From Acetobacterium malicum (GTDB lineage: Bacteria > Bacillota > Clostridia > Eubacteriales > Eubacteriaceae), in the NCBI RefSeq assembly GCF_014284495.1, contig NZ_WJBE01000001.1: a DNA stretch of 24,000 nt; one strand, 5' to 3'. Under the pieces are notes generated by a model. The model worked only from the letters and a program-made list of their open reading frames with translations. It made no database searches and was not told the DNA's origin. A program made the position numbers and the translations under genes. Positions 5,591-13,899 of this stretch are shown here, piece after piece (position 1 is the first letter of the stretch; each line of letters begins with the position of its first letter).

Positions 5591-7921
5591 ATGAAACATG
5601 AAAAGAGTTTGTTAGCAAAGATCCTGATGACAGTTGTTTTACCAGTAGCATTAATATTTGGTGCAATTGCAGCTATTGCAATGGTGGTGACAAGTCAGAA
5701 TGTTGATCAGTTTGCAAAGATTCAAAACAATTTGTTGCTGATTTATGTAATCGGTTTAGCTGTTATTGTTGGTGTAATTGTATTGGGAATGAAAGATACC
5801 TCAAACAGAATAACCAGCCTGGCAGAGGCCGCTAAACGGATGGCGGATGGGGACATTGAAGTTGGGTTAAGATCTGATAAGCCTCAGGATCAGTTGGGAG
5901 AAATTGCTTATGCGCTTTCATTACTGGCGGAAAATAATAAGACGCAGTCGGAAATTGCAAAAAAACTGGCAGATGGAGATCTGTCAGAAACGATCAGCCC
6001 ACTATCGGATAAAGACCGGCTGGGAAGTAATTTAGTTGCGGCTCAAAAGTCGATGAAAAAACTCCTCGATTATTTTGTTATGATGCCGGAATTGGTCGAG
6101 AAAAAAGTGTATTATGACAAAAGTGTAGAAAATGACTTAGCCGGTGATTATAAAAAAGCTCTTGGGCAGGCAAATCAGGCCATGGCGACAGTCACCACAA
6201 ATATGGAATATTATTTAGCAATTCTGGATGCTTTACCGTACCGGGTGACCACCACCGATAAAGACATGAAAATGGTTTTTGTCAACAAAATTCTTGAAGA
6301 TCTGATGAAAATGACCGGCACGGCCGAAAAACGGGAAGACATTCGCGGTATCGATTGTCATACCTGTAATCTGGAAATGTGTCATACTGAGAACTGCGGC
6401 GTGACAATGCTAAATGGCAATGGGGATCAATTGAATGAACTTGGCTATGCCGAATATCGCTTTGAATTCCGCGAACGATATTATCGGATGGATACGATGA
6501 ACCTCATCGACAAAAATGGTGAAAAGATCGGTTATGTAGAAGTATCCCACGACACAACACCGGTAATGAGTGTAAATAATTATCGCAGCAATGCGGTAGT
6601 CCGACTGGCGGACAACCTGCATCGCTTATCGGAGGGAAATCTTGATCTTGATTTACATGTCGATGAACCAGGCCAGTATACTAATGAAGTGTATGCGCAA
6701 TTTAAAGCGATTGGAGATAGCTTGACGGAGGTGAAAAATACCATTGGCAATCTGATTGATGATGCAAGTATGCTGACCCATGCGGCAATTGATGGTCAGC
6801 TCGATGCCCGAGCGGATGAAACCAAATTCGCTGGCTCATGGCTGGAACTGATCAGTGGAATGAATGGTATTCTTGGTGAAATAGCGAAGCCGCTCCAAGA
6901 GGTCACGGATGTTATGGATGAGATTTCACAAGGGAATCTGAAAGTTACCGTAAACGGCTCTTATCGCGGGAGTTTTGATGAATTAAAACAGTCGGTTAAC
7001 TCAATGGGGAGCGGATTCAAAAAAATAGTAGGAGAAATTTCCACAGTAACCGAAGAAATCGGCAATGGAAATCTCAATTTGGAAAATGTCAGTTCCTTTG
7101 GTGGCGATTTCAATACGATTTCCGATGCTCTTAATACCATTATTGGAACGCTGAACTCGCTGTTGGGTGATATCAATCATGCTGCTGAACAGGTTAATGC
7201 CGGGGCCAATCAGGTCTCCGACAGCAGCCAGGCCCTGGCCCAGGGGTCGACTGAACAGGCCAGTTCGATTCAGGAACTGACTGCTTCGATTACCGAAATA
7301 GCTGACCAGACCAAGAATAACGCCGTCAACGCAAACAAGGCCAGAGAACTGGCTACCGATGTTATGGGTAACGCGGACAAAGGAAACCATCAGATGACCG
7401 AGATGCAGCAGTCGATGGTGGAAATCAACAAGTCATCGGAAGACATTTCCAAGATTATCAAGGTCATTGATGACATTGCCTTCCAGACCAATATTCTGGC
7501 GCTTAATGCGGCCGTTGAAGCCGCCCGGGCGGGACAGCATGGTAAAGGTTTTGCCGTGGTGGCAGAAGAAGTCCGCACCCTGGCCGCCCGTAGTGCTGAT
7601 GCTGCCAAGGAAACGACCGGCTTAATTGAAGGCTCCATCAGTAAGGTCGCCGAGGGGACAAAAATTGCCGATGAAACCGCCAGTGCCCTGGATGAAATTG
7701 TTGGCGGCATCGCCAAAGTTAACGATTTAATTGGCAACATCGCCACGGCATCCAATGAACAGGCGACCGGCATTGCTCAGATTAACATGGGTGTTGAGCA
7801 GGTTGCCCAGGTCGTTCAACAGAATTCGGCAACTGCTGAAGAAAGTGCAGCCGCCAGTGAAGAACTCTCCGGTCAATCGATCCTGTTAAAACAGATGATC
7901 GACCAGTTCCAATTGAGATAA
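5591..7921 (+). CDS. Methyl-accepting chemotaxis protein: TM hairpin, HAMP, Cys-rich PAS-like domain, poly-HAMP, MA domain
   Basis: RBS GAAGGAG upstream. Two TM helices are separated by only ~13 residues. HAMP-like segments follow ([43 protein letters not shown]). The canonical MCP signalling hairpin is present ([40 protein letters not shown]). Confidence 0.93.
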   Translation: MKHEKSLLAKILMTVVLPVALIFGAIAAIAMVVTSQNVDQFAKIQNNLLLIYVIGLAVIVGVIVLGMKDTSNRITSLAEAAKRMADGDIEVGLRSDKPQDQLGEIAYALSLLAENNKTQSEIAKKLADGDLSETISPLSDKDRLGSNLVAAQKSMKKLLDYFVMMPELVEKKVYYDKSVENDLAGDYKKALGQANQAMATVTTNMEYYLAILDALPYRVTTTDKDMKMVFVNKILEDLMKMTGTAEKREDIRGIDCHTCNLEMCHTENCGVTMLNGNGDQLNELGYAEYRFEFRERYYRMDTMNLIDKNGEKIGYVEVSHDTTPVMSVNNYRSNAVVRLADNLHRLSEGNLDLDLHVDEPGQYTNEVYAQFKAIGDSLTEVKNTIGNLIDDASMLTHAAIDGQLDARADETKFAGSWLELISGMNGILGEIAKPLQEVTDVMDEISQGNLKVTVNGSYRGSFDELKQSVNSMGSGFKKIVGEISTVTEEIGNGNLNLENVSSFGGDFNTISDALNTIIGTLNSLLGDINHAAEQVNAGANQVSDSSQALAQGSTEQASSIQELTASITEIADQTKNNAVNANKARELATDVMGNADKGNHQMTEMQQSMVEINKSSEDISKIIKVIDDIAFQTNILALNAAVEAARAGQHGKGFAVVAEEVRTLAARSADAAKETTGLIEGSISKVAEGTKIADETASALDEIVGGIAKVNDLIGNIATASNEQATGIAQINMGVEQVAQVVQQNSATAEESAAASEELSGQSILLKQMIDQFQLR
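7073..7921 (+). repeat. Near-identical 3' tract shared with the second MCP gene (copy A)
   Basis: Aligns without gaps to 9681-10529 at a constant offset of 2608. Positions 7271-7581 equal 9879-10189 with no difference over 311 bp. The flanks differ only by scattered, mostly synonymous substitutions. Confidence 0.9.
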
Positions 7922-7951
7922 TAATTTATCAGAAAAATGTTTGTATAGATT

Positions 7952-7990
7952 AGAATAACCTTAGGAGTACCCTAAGGTTATTCTATTTTA
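7952..7990 (+). terminator. Rho-independent terminator
   Basis: AGAATAACCTTAGG / CCTAAGGTTATTCT perfect 14-bp stem with loop AGTAC, followed by ATTTTA. Confidence 0.8.
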
Positions 7991-8037
7991 ATGGTACAAA
8001 AAAACTGAAAGAAGGCACTGATTTACAAAAATTGAAG

Positions 8038-8066
8038 TTGAGTTTACTGAAAAAATCATATATAAT
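8038..8066 (+). promoter_or_regulatory. Sigma-A type promoter of MCP gene 2 (TTGAGT-17-TATAAT)
   Basis: TTGAGT at 8038-8043, a 17-nt spacer, and TATAAT at 8061-8066. A second possible extended -10 (TGgTATAAT, TATAAT at 8146-8151) lies inside the leader. Confidence 0.65.
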
Positions 8067-8219
8067 ACTATCAATAATTAAATTATCCTGGCTGAATACC
8101 CTGGCTGTGAAGAGTAACAGCAACGAAATTTATATCGTTTAGTGGTATAATCCTTCCAAGAAGAGTGGTGACGAAAGAAAGAATTGCTTGATAAATAATT
8201 TAATCAAATGGAGGAAAGA

Positions 8220-10529
8220 ATGGAGCATGAAAAAAGTTTGCTGTCAAAAATCCTAATGACAGTTGTCCTACCGACCGTCCTGATTTTTTGCGTGACAGCA
8301 GGTATTTCAATGGTTGTCGTCAGTCAAAATTTCGACCAGTTTGGCGGTATCCAAAATAGTGTGTTGCTGATTTATGCCATCGGTATAGCGTTAATGGTTG
8401 GGGTAAGTGTAATCGGTGTAAAGGGAATATCGGATCGTTTAACTGGCCTGGCTGAGGCTGCTAACCGCCTGGCTGATGGAGAGGTTGAACTTGGTTTAAA
8501 AGTTGATAAACCTCAGGATCAGTTGGGGGAAGTTGCTTATGCACTTTCAGGTATTGCCAAGAGCATGAGATTACAGTCAGAAGCGGCTGGTAAACTGGCA
8601 AAGGGTGATCTGTCAGCAGCAATCATTCCGTCATCGGATAAGGATGTGGTTGGCAACAGTCTGCTAGAAGTCCAGTCATCCATTAAGATGATGAGTGATT
8701 ACCTGATACAACTACCCGAACTCGTTAAAAAGGAAGTGGATCTGAATAAAGTACAAGAAACTGAAATGATTGGCGATTATCAAAAAGGGATCGAACACGT
8801 CAATCAGGCGATCCAGATAGTAGCCGACAAACGCGATTTCTTCCAGGCGATTCTTGATGCGATGCCATACCGAATTACCGTTGTGGATAATGATTTGAAG
8901 TGGACATTTATTAATAAGACCCTTCAGGATCTGAGAATAGCAACCGGGCGCGAGGGCAGTCGCGAATCACTTTATGGTGATGACTGTTGTAAATCAAATC
9001 TGGACATGTGTAAAAATGAAGATTGTGGTGTCAAGGCGTACCGAAAAACAGGCCGAATTGAATTTCCGTTTGCATATCGTGGCGGATATTATCGTATGGA
9101 TACAACGCCGATTATTGACAAACAAGGTCAGACCATTGGCTATGTGGAAACTTCGTTTAACACAAGTGCAACGATGAGCGTCAACAATTATTCAGAAGTG
9201 GAAATTAATCGGCTGGCTGATAATTTAAGACGTTTATCAGCAGGAAATTTGGACTTTGACATGGATATTCAAGAACCAGGTGAATTTACTGGCGAGGTAT
9301 ATGAACAGTTTAAAGCGATTGAAACTAATCTGCGAGAAGTAAAAAATTCCATTGACAGCCTCATTGGCGACGCCATCATTCTGACAACGGCAGCAATGCA
9401 GGGAGACCTGGATGTTCGGGCCGATGAAACCAAATTCAGCGGTTCCTGGCAGGAGCTGATCAGCGGCATGAATGGCATTCTTAGCGTTATGGCAAAACCG
9501 ATGGAAGAGGTCGCGAATGTGATGGATGCCATTGCCAACGGCAATCTTGATGTGATGGTCGAAGGTTATTATCAGGGCAGCTTTGATGTCTTGAAACAGG
9601 CTGTCAATGAAATGGGAATTAACTTTAAAACTATTGTGACAGAGATTTCGACGGTTACCAGAGAAATAAGCAATGGGAACCTCAATTTGGAAAATGTCAG
9701 TTCCTTTGGTGGCGATTTCAACGCGATTTCTGACGCGCTCAATACTATTATTGCGACATTAAACTCGTTGTTGGGTGATATTAATCATGCCGCTGAGCAG
9801 GTTAATGCCGGAGCCAATCAGGTCTCTGACAGCAGCCAGGCCCTGGCCCAGGGTTCAACTGAACAGGCCAGTTCGATCCAGGAACTGACTGCTTCGATTA
9901 CCGAAATAGCTGACCAGACCAAGAATAACGCCGTCAACGCAAACAAGGCCAGAGAACTGGCTACCGATGTTATGGGTAACGCGGACAAAGGAAACCATCA
10001 GATGACCGAGATGCAGCAGTCGATGGTGGAAATCAACAAGTCATCGGAAGACATTTCCAAGATTATCAAGGTCATTGATGACATTGCCTTCCAGACCAAT
10101 ATTCTGGCGCTTAATGCGGCCGTTGAAGCCGCCCGGGCGGGACAGCATGGTAAAGGTTTTGCCGTGGTGGCAGAAGAAGTCCGCACCCTTGCCGCTCGAA
10201 GTGCTGATGCAGCCAAAGAAACGACCGGCTTAATTGAAGGCTCCATCAGTAAGGTCGCCGAGGGGACAAAAATTGCCGATGAAACCGCCAGTGCCCTGGA
10301 CGAAATTGTTGGCGGAATCGCCAAGGTTAATGATTTAATCGGCAACATCGCTACCGCATCCAACGAACAGGCGACCGGCATTGCTCAGATTAATATGGGT
10401 GTTGAGCAGGTTGCCCAGGTCGTTCAGCAGAATTCGGCAACCGCCGAAGAAAGTGCTGCCGCCAGTGAAGAACTCTCCGGCCAATCGATCCTGTTAAAAC
10501 AGATGATTGACCAGTTCCAGCTGAGATAA
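8220..10529 (+). CDS. Methyl-accepting chemotaxis protein, paralog of 5591-7921
   Basis: Same architecture as the first MCP. I chose the start ATG at 8220 (MEHEKSLL, aligning with MKHEKSLL of paralog 1) because GGAGG at 8210-8214 lies 5 nt upstream. The last ~280 aa are identical to paralog 1 apart from two substitutions (T/A and G/A) just inside the tract, whereas the sensor half is far more diverged by eye. Confidence 0.93.
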   Translation: MEHEKSLLSKILMTVVLPTVLIFCVTAGISMVVVSQNFDQFGGIQNSVLLIYAIGIALMVGVSVIGVKGISDRLTGLAEAANRLADGEVELGLKVDKPQDQLGEVAYALSGIAKSMRLQSEAAGKLAKGDLSAAIIPSSDKDVVGNSLLEVQSSIKMMSDYLIQLPELVKKEVDLNKVQETEMIGDYQKGIEHVNQAIQIVADKRDFFQAILDAMPYRITVVDNDLKWTFINKTLQDLRIATGREGSRESLYGDDCCKSNLDMCKNEDCGVKAYRKTGRIEFPFAYRGGYYRMDTTPIIDKQGQTIGYVETSFNTSATMSVNNYSEVEINRLADNLRRLSAGNLDFDMDIQEPGEFTGEVYEQFKAIETNLREVKNSIDSLIGDAIILTTAAMQGDLDVRADETKFSGSWQELISGMNGILSVMAKPMEEVANVMDAIANGNLDVMVEGYYQGSFDVLKQAVNEMGINFKTIVTEISTVTREISNGNLNLENVSSFGGDFNAISDALNTIIATLNSLLGDINHAAEQVNAGANQVSDSSQALAQGSTEQASSIQELTASITEIADQTKNNAVNANKARELATDVMGNADKGNHQMTEMQQSMVEINKSSEDISKIIKVIDDIAFQTNILALNAAVEAARAGQHGKGFAVVAEEVRTLAARSADAAKETTGLIEGSISKVAEGTKIADETASALDEIVGGIAKVNDLIGNIATASNEQATGIAQINMGVEQVAQVVQQNSATAEESAAASEELSGQSILLKQMIDQFQLR
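9681..10529 (+). repeat. Near-identical 3' tract shared with the first MCP gene (copy B)
   Basis: Counterpart of 7073-7921; see that feature. Confidence 0.9.
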
Positions 10530-10560
10530 GTCAAACCGACAAAATAAATGATTAGAAAAA

Positions 10561-10587
10561 CCACCTTTTAATAAGGTGGCTTTTTTT
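10561..10587 (+). terminator. Rho-independent terminator of MCP gene 2
   Basis: CCACCTT / AAGGTGG stem with loop TTAAT, followed by CTTTTTTT and preceded by an A-run. Confidence 0.75.
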
Positions 10588-10602
10588 AGAAGGAAGATCA
10601 CC

Positions 10603-11937
10603 ATGAATCGATTAATTGCGAAACTGATACTTTTTACTGACTCAAGTCAGGAGCGTCTGCTTAAGCAGATGGGACAGCTCTATGAGCGTTTTTATCAAGG
10701 TGCAGATACCAGAGAAAGCCTGATTGCCGAAAGTTATCGACAAATAAAAGCACTGCTGGAAATTGCCACTGATTTTGGCTTTGATCGAAACCTCTGGCAT
10801 CATTACCTGACCTTTTTACTGATAACGAATGAAAACCCATTCAGTTTAACTTGTGAAAAGGTGGGGAAAAAAGAGGGCAGTGTTAACTTTTTTGCTCAAA
10901 ACGACTGCAAAATTTTTAAAGAGCTCTTTGATTTTGATTTCACCGAATTGGAATCAGCACTGGGAATTGATTGTTTCACCCGGGTTTCAAATTACCAGGC
11001 CATCAAAAAACCGGAATTTATGTACAATCAGAATGTCAGTGAAAAGGTGAAATCACTGAGTCTGAGATTAGCGGCTGCCGCAAACGAACAAGTATTTTTC
11101 GACGAAATCACGCAGTTCTATGGCGAATACGGAGTGGGTATGTTTGGATTGAACAAAGCCTTCCGGATCATTCCCAAAGTCGATAACACCGGAGTTATCT
11201 TTAACCCCATCAATAACATGGATAAGGTCATGCTGGCAGATTTGGTGGGATACGAAAATCAGAAACAAAAGCTTGTCGAAAATACCAAAGCCTTTGTTGA
11301 GGGACGAAAAGCCAACAATGTCTTGTTGTTTGGCGACAGCGGTACCGGTAAGTCCACCAGTATCAAAGCCATCGTCAACGAATTCTATCATCAGGGATTG
11401 CGGATGATCGAAATTTACAAACATCAATTTCGGGATTTATCAAATGTCATTGCCCAGATTAAAAACCGCAACTATCGGTTTATTATCTATATGGATGATC
11501 TTTCTTTTGAGGAATTTGAAATTGAGTACAAATTTCTGAAAGCTGTCATTGAAGGTGGCGTGGAAACAAAACCCGACAACATTTTGATTTATGCCACTTC
11601 AAATCGTCGCCATCTGATTCGCGAAACCTGGAACGACCGAAATGATATGGAAGCAAATGGCGAGATCCACCGCTCCGATACCATGCAGGAAAAGCTGTCG
11701 CTTGTCAATCGTTTTGGAGTCAGTATTTTTTATGAACGACCCAGTCAGAAACAGTACTTTGGCATCGTCGCCGAACTGGCCAGGCGGGAAGGCCTGAACA
11801 TCTCAGAAGAAGTTCTTTCCGGTGAGGCTAATAAATGGGAATTGCAGCATGGCGGAATTTCTGGCCGAACCGCCCAACAATTCATCAATCATTTGCTTTC
11901 TGTCGCTTCAGAGGAAAATTTAATGGATAAATGTTAA
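10603..11937 (+). CDS. DUF815-type P-loop (AAA-like) ATPase
   Basis: Walker A motif LFGDSGTGKST and Walker B-like IIYMDDLSF. The C-terminal half is typical of DUF815 ATP-binding proteins, and the N-terminal ~220 aa is helical and unassigned. I chose the start ATG at 10603 (MNRLIAK) because GAAGGAAG lies upstream. The GTG at 10576 lies inside the terminator stem. Confidence 0.75.
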   Translation: MNRLIAKLILFTDSSQERLLKQMGQLYERFYQGADTRESLIAESYRQIKALLEIATDFGFDRNLWHHYLTFLLITNENPFSLTCEKVGKKEGSVNFFAQNDCKIFKELFDFDFTELESALGIDCFTRVSNYQAIKKPEFMYNQNVSEKVKSLSLRLAAAANEQVFFDEITQFYGEYGVGMFGLNKAFRIIPKVDNTGVIFNPINNMDKVMLADLVGYENQKQKLVENTKAFVEGRKANNVLLFGDSGTGKSTSIKAIVNEFYHQGLRMIEIYKHQFRDLSNVIAQIKNRNYRFIIYMDDLSFEEFEIEYKFLKAVIEGGVETKPDNILIYATSNRRHLIRETWNDRNDMEANGEIHRSDTMQEKLSLVNRFGVSIFYERPSQKQYFGIVAELARREGLNISEEVLSGEANKWELQHGGISGRTAQQFINHLLSVASEENLMDKC

Positions 11938-11967
11938 CTTAGACAAGATCAGGTCAGAAAAACCATG

Positions 11968-12004
11968 ACACCTGGGACTAATTTTAGTCCCAGGTGTATT
12001 TTTA
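11968..12004 (+). terminator. Rho-independent terminator
   Basis: ACACCTGGGACTA / TAGTCCCAGGTGT perfect 13-bp stem with loop ATTT, followed by ATTTTTAT. Confidence 0.85.
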
Positions 12005-12171
12005 TTGGCCTAATCTGCGTAAATTTTAGTAAGTTGGATATGAATAAAGTAAAGGGTATTAAGATTAATAAGGATTACAAATGAAAATCCATGGCTGGCA
12101 TACACAAAGCTGCGCAGCTTGAAGAATTTGGACTGATATTAACTGGAAGTGAAAAGAACAGGAGAAAGAAA

Positions 12172-13842
12172 ATGAAAATTAAATTTTTAGGAGCGGCACT
12201 ATCCGTAACTGGTTCCTGCCATCTGGTGACGACCGATCACTGTAAATTCCTCCTGGACTGCGGTTTGTTTCAAGGCAGTGAAGCCCTGGAAGAATTAAAC
12301 TATCAGGAGTTTGATTTTAATCCGGCAGAAATTGATTTTATAATTTTGAGTCATGCTCATGTGGATCATTGTGGGCGCATTCCCTTACTTGTCAAGCAGG
12401 GGTTCAAAGGAAAGATTTATTGCACCGGGGCAACCGCTGAAATAGCCGACATCATGCTTCAGGACAGCGGCAATATTCACGAAATGGATGCGAAATGGAT
12501 CAACAAACGCACCATCCGTTCTGGAAAGCGGCAGATTGCTCCACTTTACACCCAGGCAGATGCTGCCCGTTGTAGCCAATATTTCTTTCCGGTGGCATAT
12601 GGACAAACTTTTGAGATCAATCCTTGGATCAAGATCCGGCTCAATGAAGCAGGTCATATACTGGGGGCAGCAATCATTGAAATTTGGGCTGAAGATGACG
12701 GAAAAACCACCAAGCTTGTTTATTCAGGGGATATTGGGGCTGCCAATCAGCGGATGCTCAATAATCCGACTCTGATTGCAGCGGCTGATTATCTGATTAT
12801 GGAAACGACCTATGGGGATCGTGTCCATGAAACCCAACAGGAAAGTGGGAAACGTTTTCTGGATATCATTTTTAAAACCGTTGCACGGGGTGGAACTGTG
12901 GTGGCACCTGCCTTTGCTTTGGGACGAACCCAGGATCTGATCCATGAGCTGGAGCTGTTTTATGATAACCATGAACTACATCAGAATCAGCTTGATAAAG
13001 TCAATGTTTATGTTGACAGTCCGCTGGCTACCGATGCCACCGAAATTTTTCGGAAAAATGCCCACTATTTTAACGATAAAATAAAGGCGCGAATCAAAAA
13101 AGGTGAGGAGCTTTTTTATTTCAGAAATCTTTATTTTACCAAAAGCATCGATCAATCCAAGGCGTTAAACGATGATCCGGCACCTAAGATCATCATTTCA
13201 TCCAGTGGCATGGCTGATGCCGGCCGGGTTCAACATCATCTCAAGCACTATCTCTGGAAACCAAAATCGAGCATTGTTTTTGCTGGCTATCAGGCAGAGG
13301 GAACCACTGGACGGGCAATTACCAGCGGCGAAAAATATGTCCGGATCCTCCGTGAACGGATTCGTGTGAATGCGGAAATCTATTTTCTTGAGGGGTTCTC
13401 TGCTCATGCCGATAAAAATGATCTGCTCAAATGGTTGTCCGGGTTTAAAGAAAAGCCAAAGAAAATCTTTCTGGTACATGGGGAAGAAGAGCCAAAAAAA
13501 ATATTTGCGGAAACAGTCAAAAATATTCTCGGGTATGATTGTACAATCGTGGAAGATGTATCCGAATATGTTCTTGGAGAAGCTGAAGAAGTTGTTTGTG
13601 ATGGCATAAAAAGTCGGATTGATACAAAAAAACAACTGCTTCAAATAAAAACCAATTTACAAGATATGTCTGATGAGCTGGACTCGCTTTTGTCTGAGCC
13701 AGGTATGAAAACAAAAGAAATACTTACAAAAGAGAAAGTTGAAGATATTTCCGATCTTTCAAGTGACCTTGAAAAGATCCTGACGAAACTTAAATCAGTG
13801 GTTGGCGAAAAAGATTTGCAACAAGAAGAGAAAACGGATTGA
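12172..13842 (+). CDS. MBL-fold beta-CASP family hydrolase (CPSF/RNase J-like RNA-metabolising nuclease) with an acidic coiled-coil tail
   Basis: RBS AGGAGA before the ATG at 12172 (MKIKFLGA). Metallo-beta-lactamase motif HAHVDHCG. Beta-CASP/RMMBL-type C-terminal motifs (GFSAHAD, LVHGE). The last ~90 aa are low-complexity and Lys/Glu/Asp/Leu-rich. Confidence 0.8.
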   Translation: MKIKFLGAALSVTGSCHLVTTDHCKFLLDCGLFQGSEALEELNYQEFDFNPAEIDFIILSHAHVDHCGRIPLLVKQGFKGKIYCTGATAEIADIMLQDSGNIHEMDAKWINKRTIRSGKRQIAPLYTQADAARCSQYFFPVAYGQTFEINPWIKIRLNEAGHILGAAIIEIWAEDDGKTTKLVYSGDIGAANQRMLNNPTLIAAADYLIMETTYGDRVHETQQESGKRFLDIIFKTVARGGTVVAPAFALGRTQDLIHELELFYDNHELHQNQLDKVNVYVDSPLATDATEIFRKNAHYFNDKIKARIKKGEELFYFRNLYFTKSIDQSKALNDDPAPKIIISSSGMADAGRVQHHLKHYLWKPKSSIVFAGYQAEGTTGRAITSGEKYVRILRERIRVNAEIYFLEGFSAHADKNDLLKWLSGFKEKPKKIFLVHGEEEPKKIFAETVKNILGYDCTIVEDVSEYVLGEAEEVVCDGIKSRIDTKKQLLQIKTNLQDMSDELDSLLSEPGMKTKEILTKEKVEDISDLSSDLEKILTKLKSVVGEKDLQQEEKTD

Positions 13843-13899
13843 TAATCGGGTAAGATCATTTTTACAAGCAAATGAATAATGAAAAACACTCAGGAGGGT

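Noticed and set aside
6365-6385. C-x4-C-H (CNLEMCH) in MCP1 as a variant c-type heme attachment motif
   Set aside because: The His is not conserved in MCP2 (CKSNLDMCK) or in the RsbR-like protein. In addition, the domain is predicted to be cytoplasmic, where c-type heme maturation does not occur. A four-Cys metal/redox site is the more parsimonious reading.
7390-7773. 127-aa minus-strand ORF, with an almost identical twin at 9998-10381
   Set aside because: Both lie antisense to the Ala/Gly/Ser-rich MCP signalling domain, whose GCN-rich codons keep the reverse frame open. The translation is low-complexity Ala/Ser/Leu with no RBS. The duplication simply mirrors the MCP 3' repeat.
5591-10529. 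Tandem MCP duplication as a mobile element or composite transposon
   Set aside because: There are no transposase or integrase genes, terminal inverted repeats or target-site duplications. The similarity is confined to the coding regions and promoters, which fits an ordinary tandem gene duplication.
10603-13842. DUF815 ATPase plus beta-CASP nuclease as a two-gene ATPase-nuclease defence system
   Set aside because: The two genes are separated by a strong 13-bp-stem terminator (11968-12004) and about 170 nt of intergenic DNA. Neither shows features of known defence ATPase/nuclease pairs. No mobile-element or defence-island context is present, so the adjacency looks coincidental.
13198-13889. 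Several minus- and plus-strand ORFs (13198-13644, 13370-13609, 13404-13607, 13517-13714, 13641-13889) overlapping the 3' end of the beta-CASP gene
   Set aside because: The region is AT-rich and Lys/Glu-rich, which leaves alternative frames open by chance. The translations are Phe/Ile/Ser-rich nonsense without RBSs, and the + frame carries clear beta-CASP motifs.
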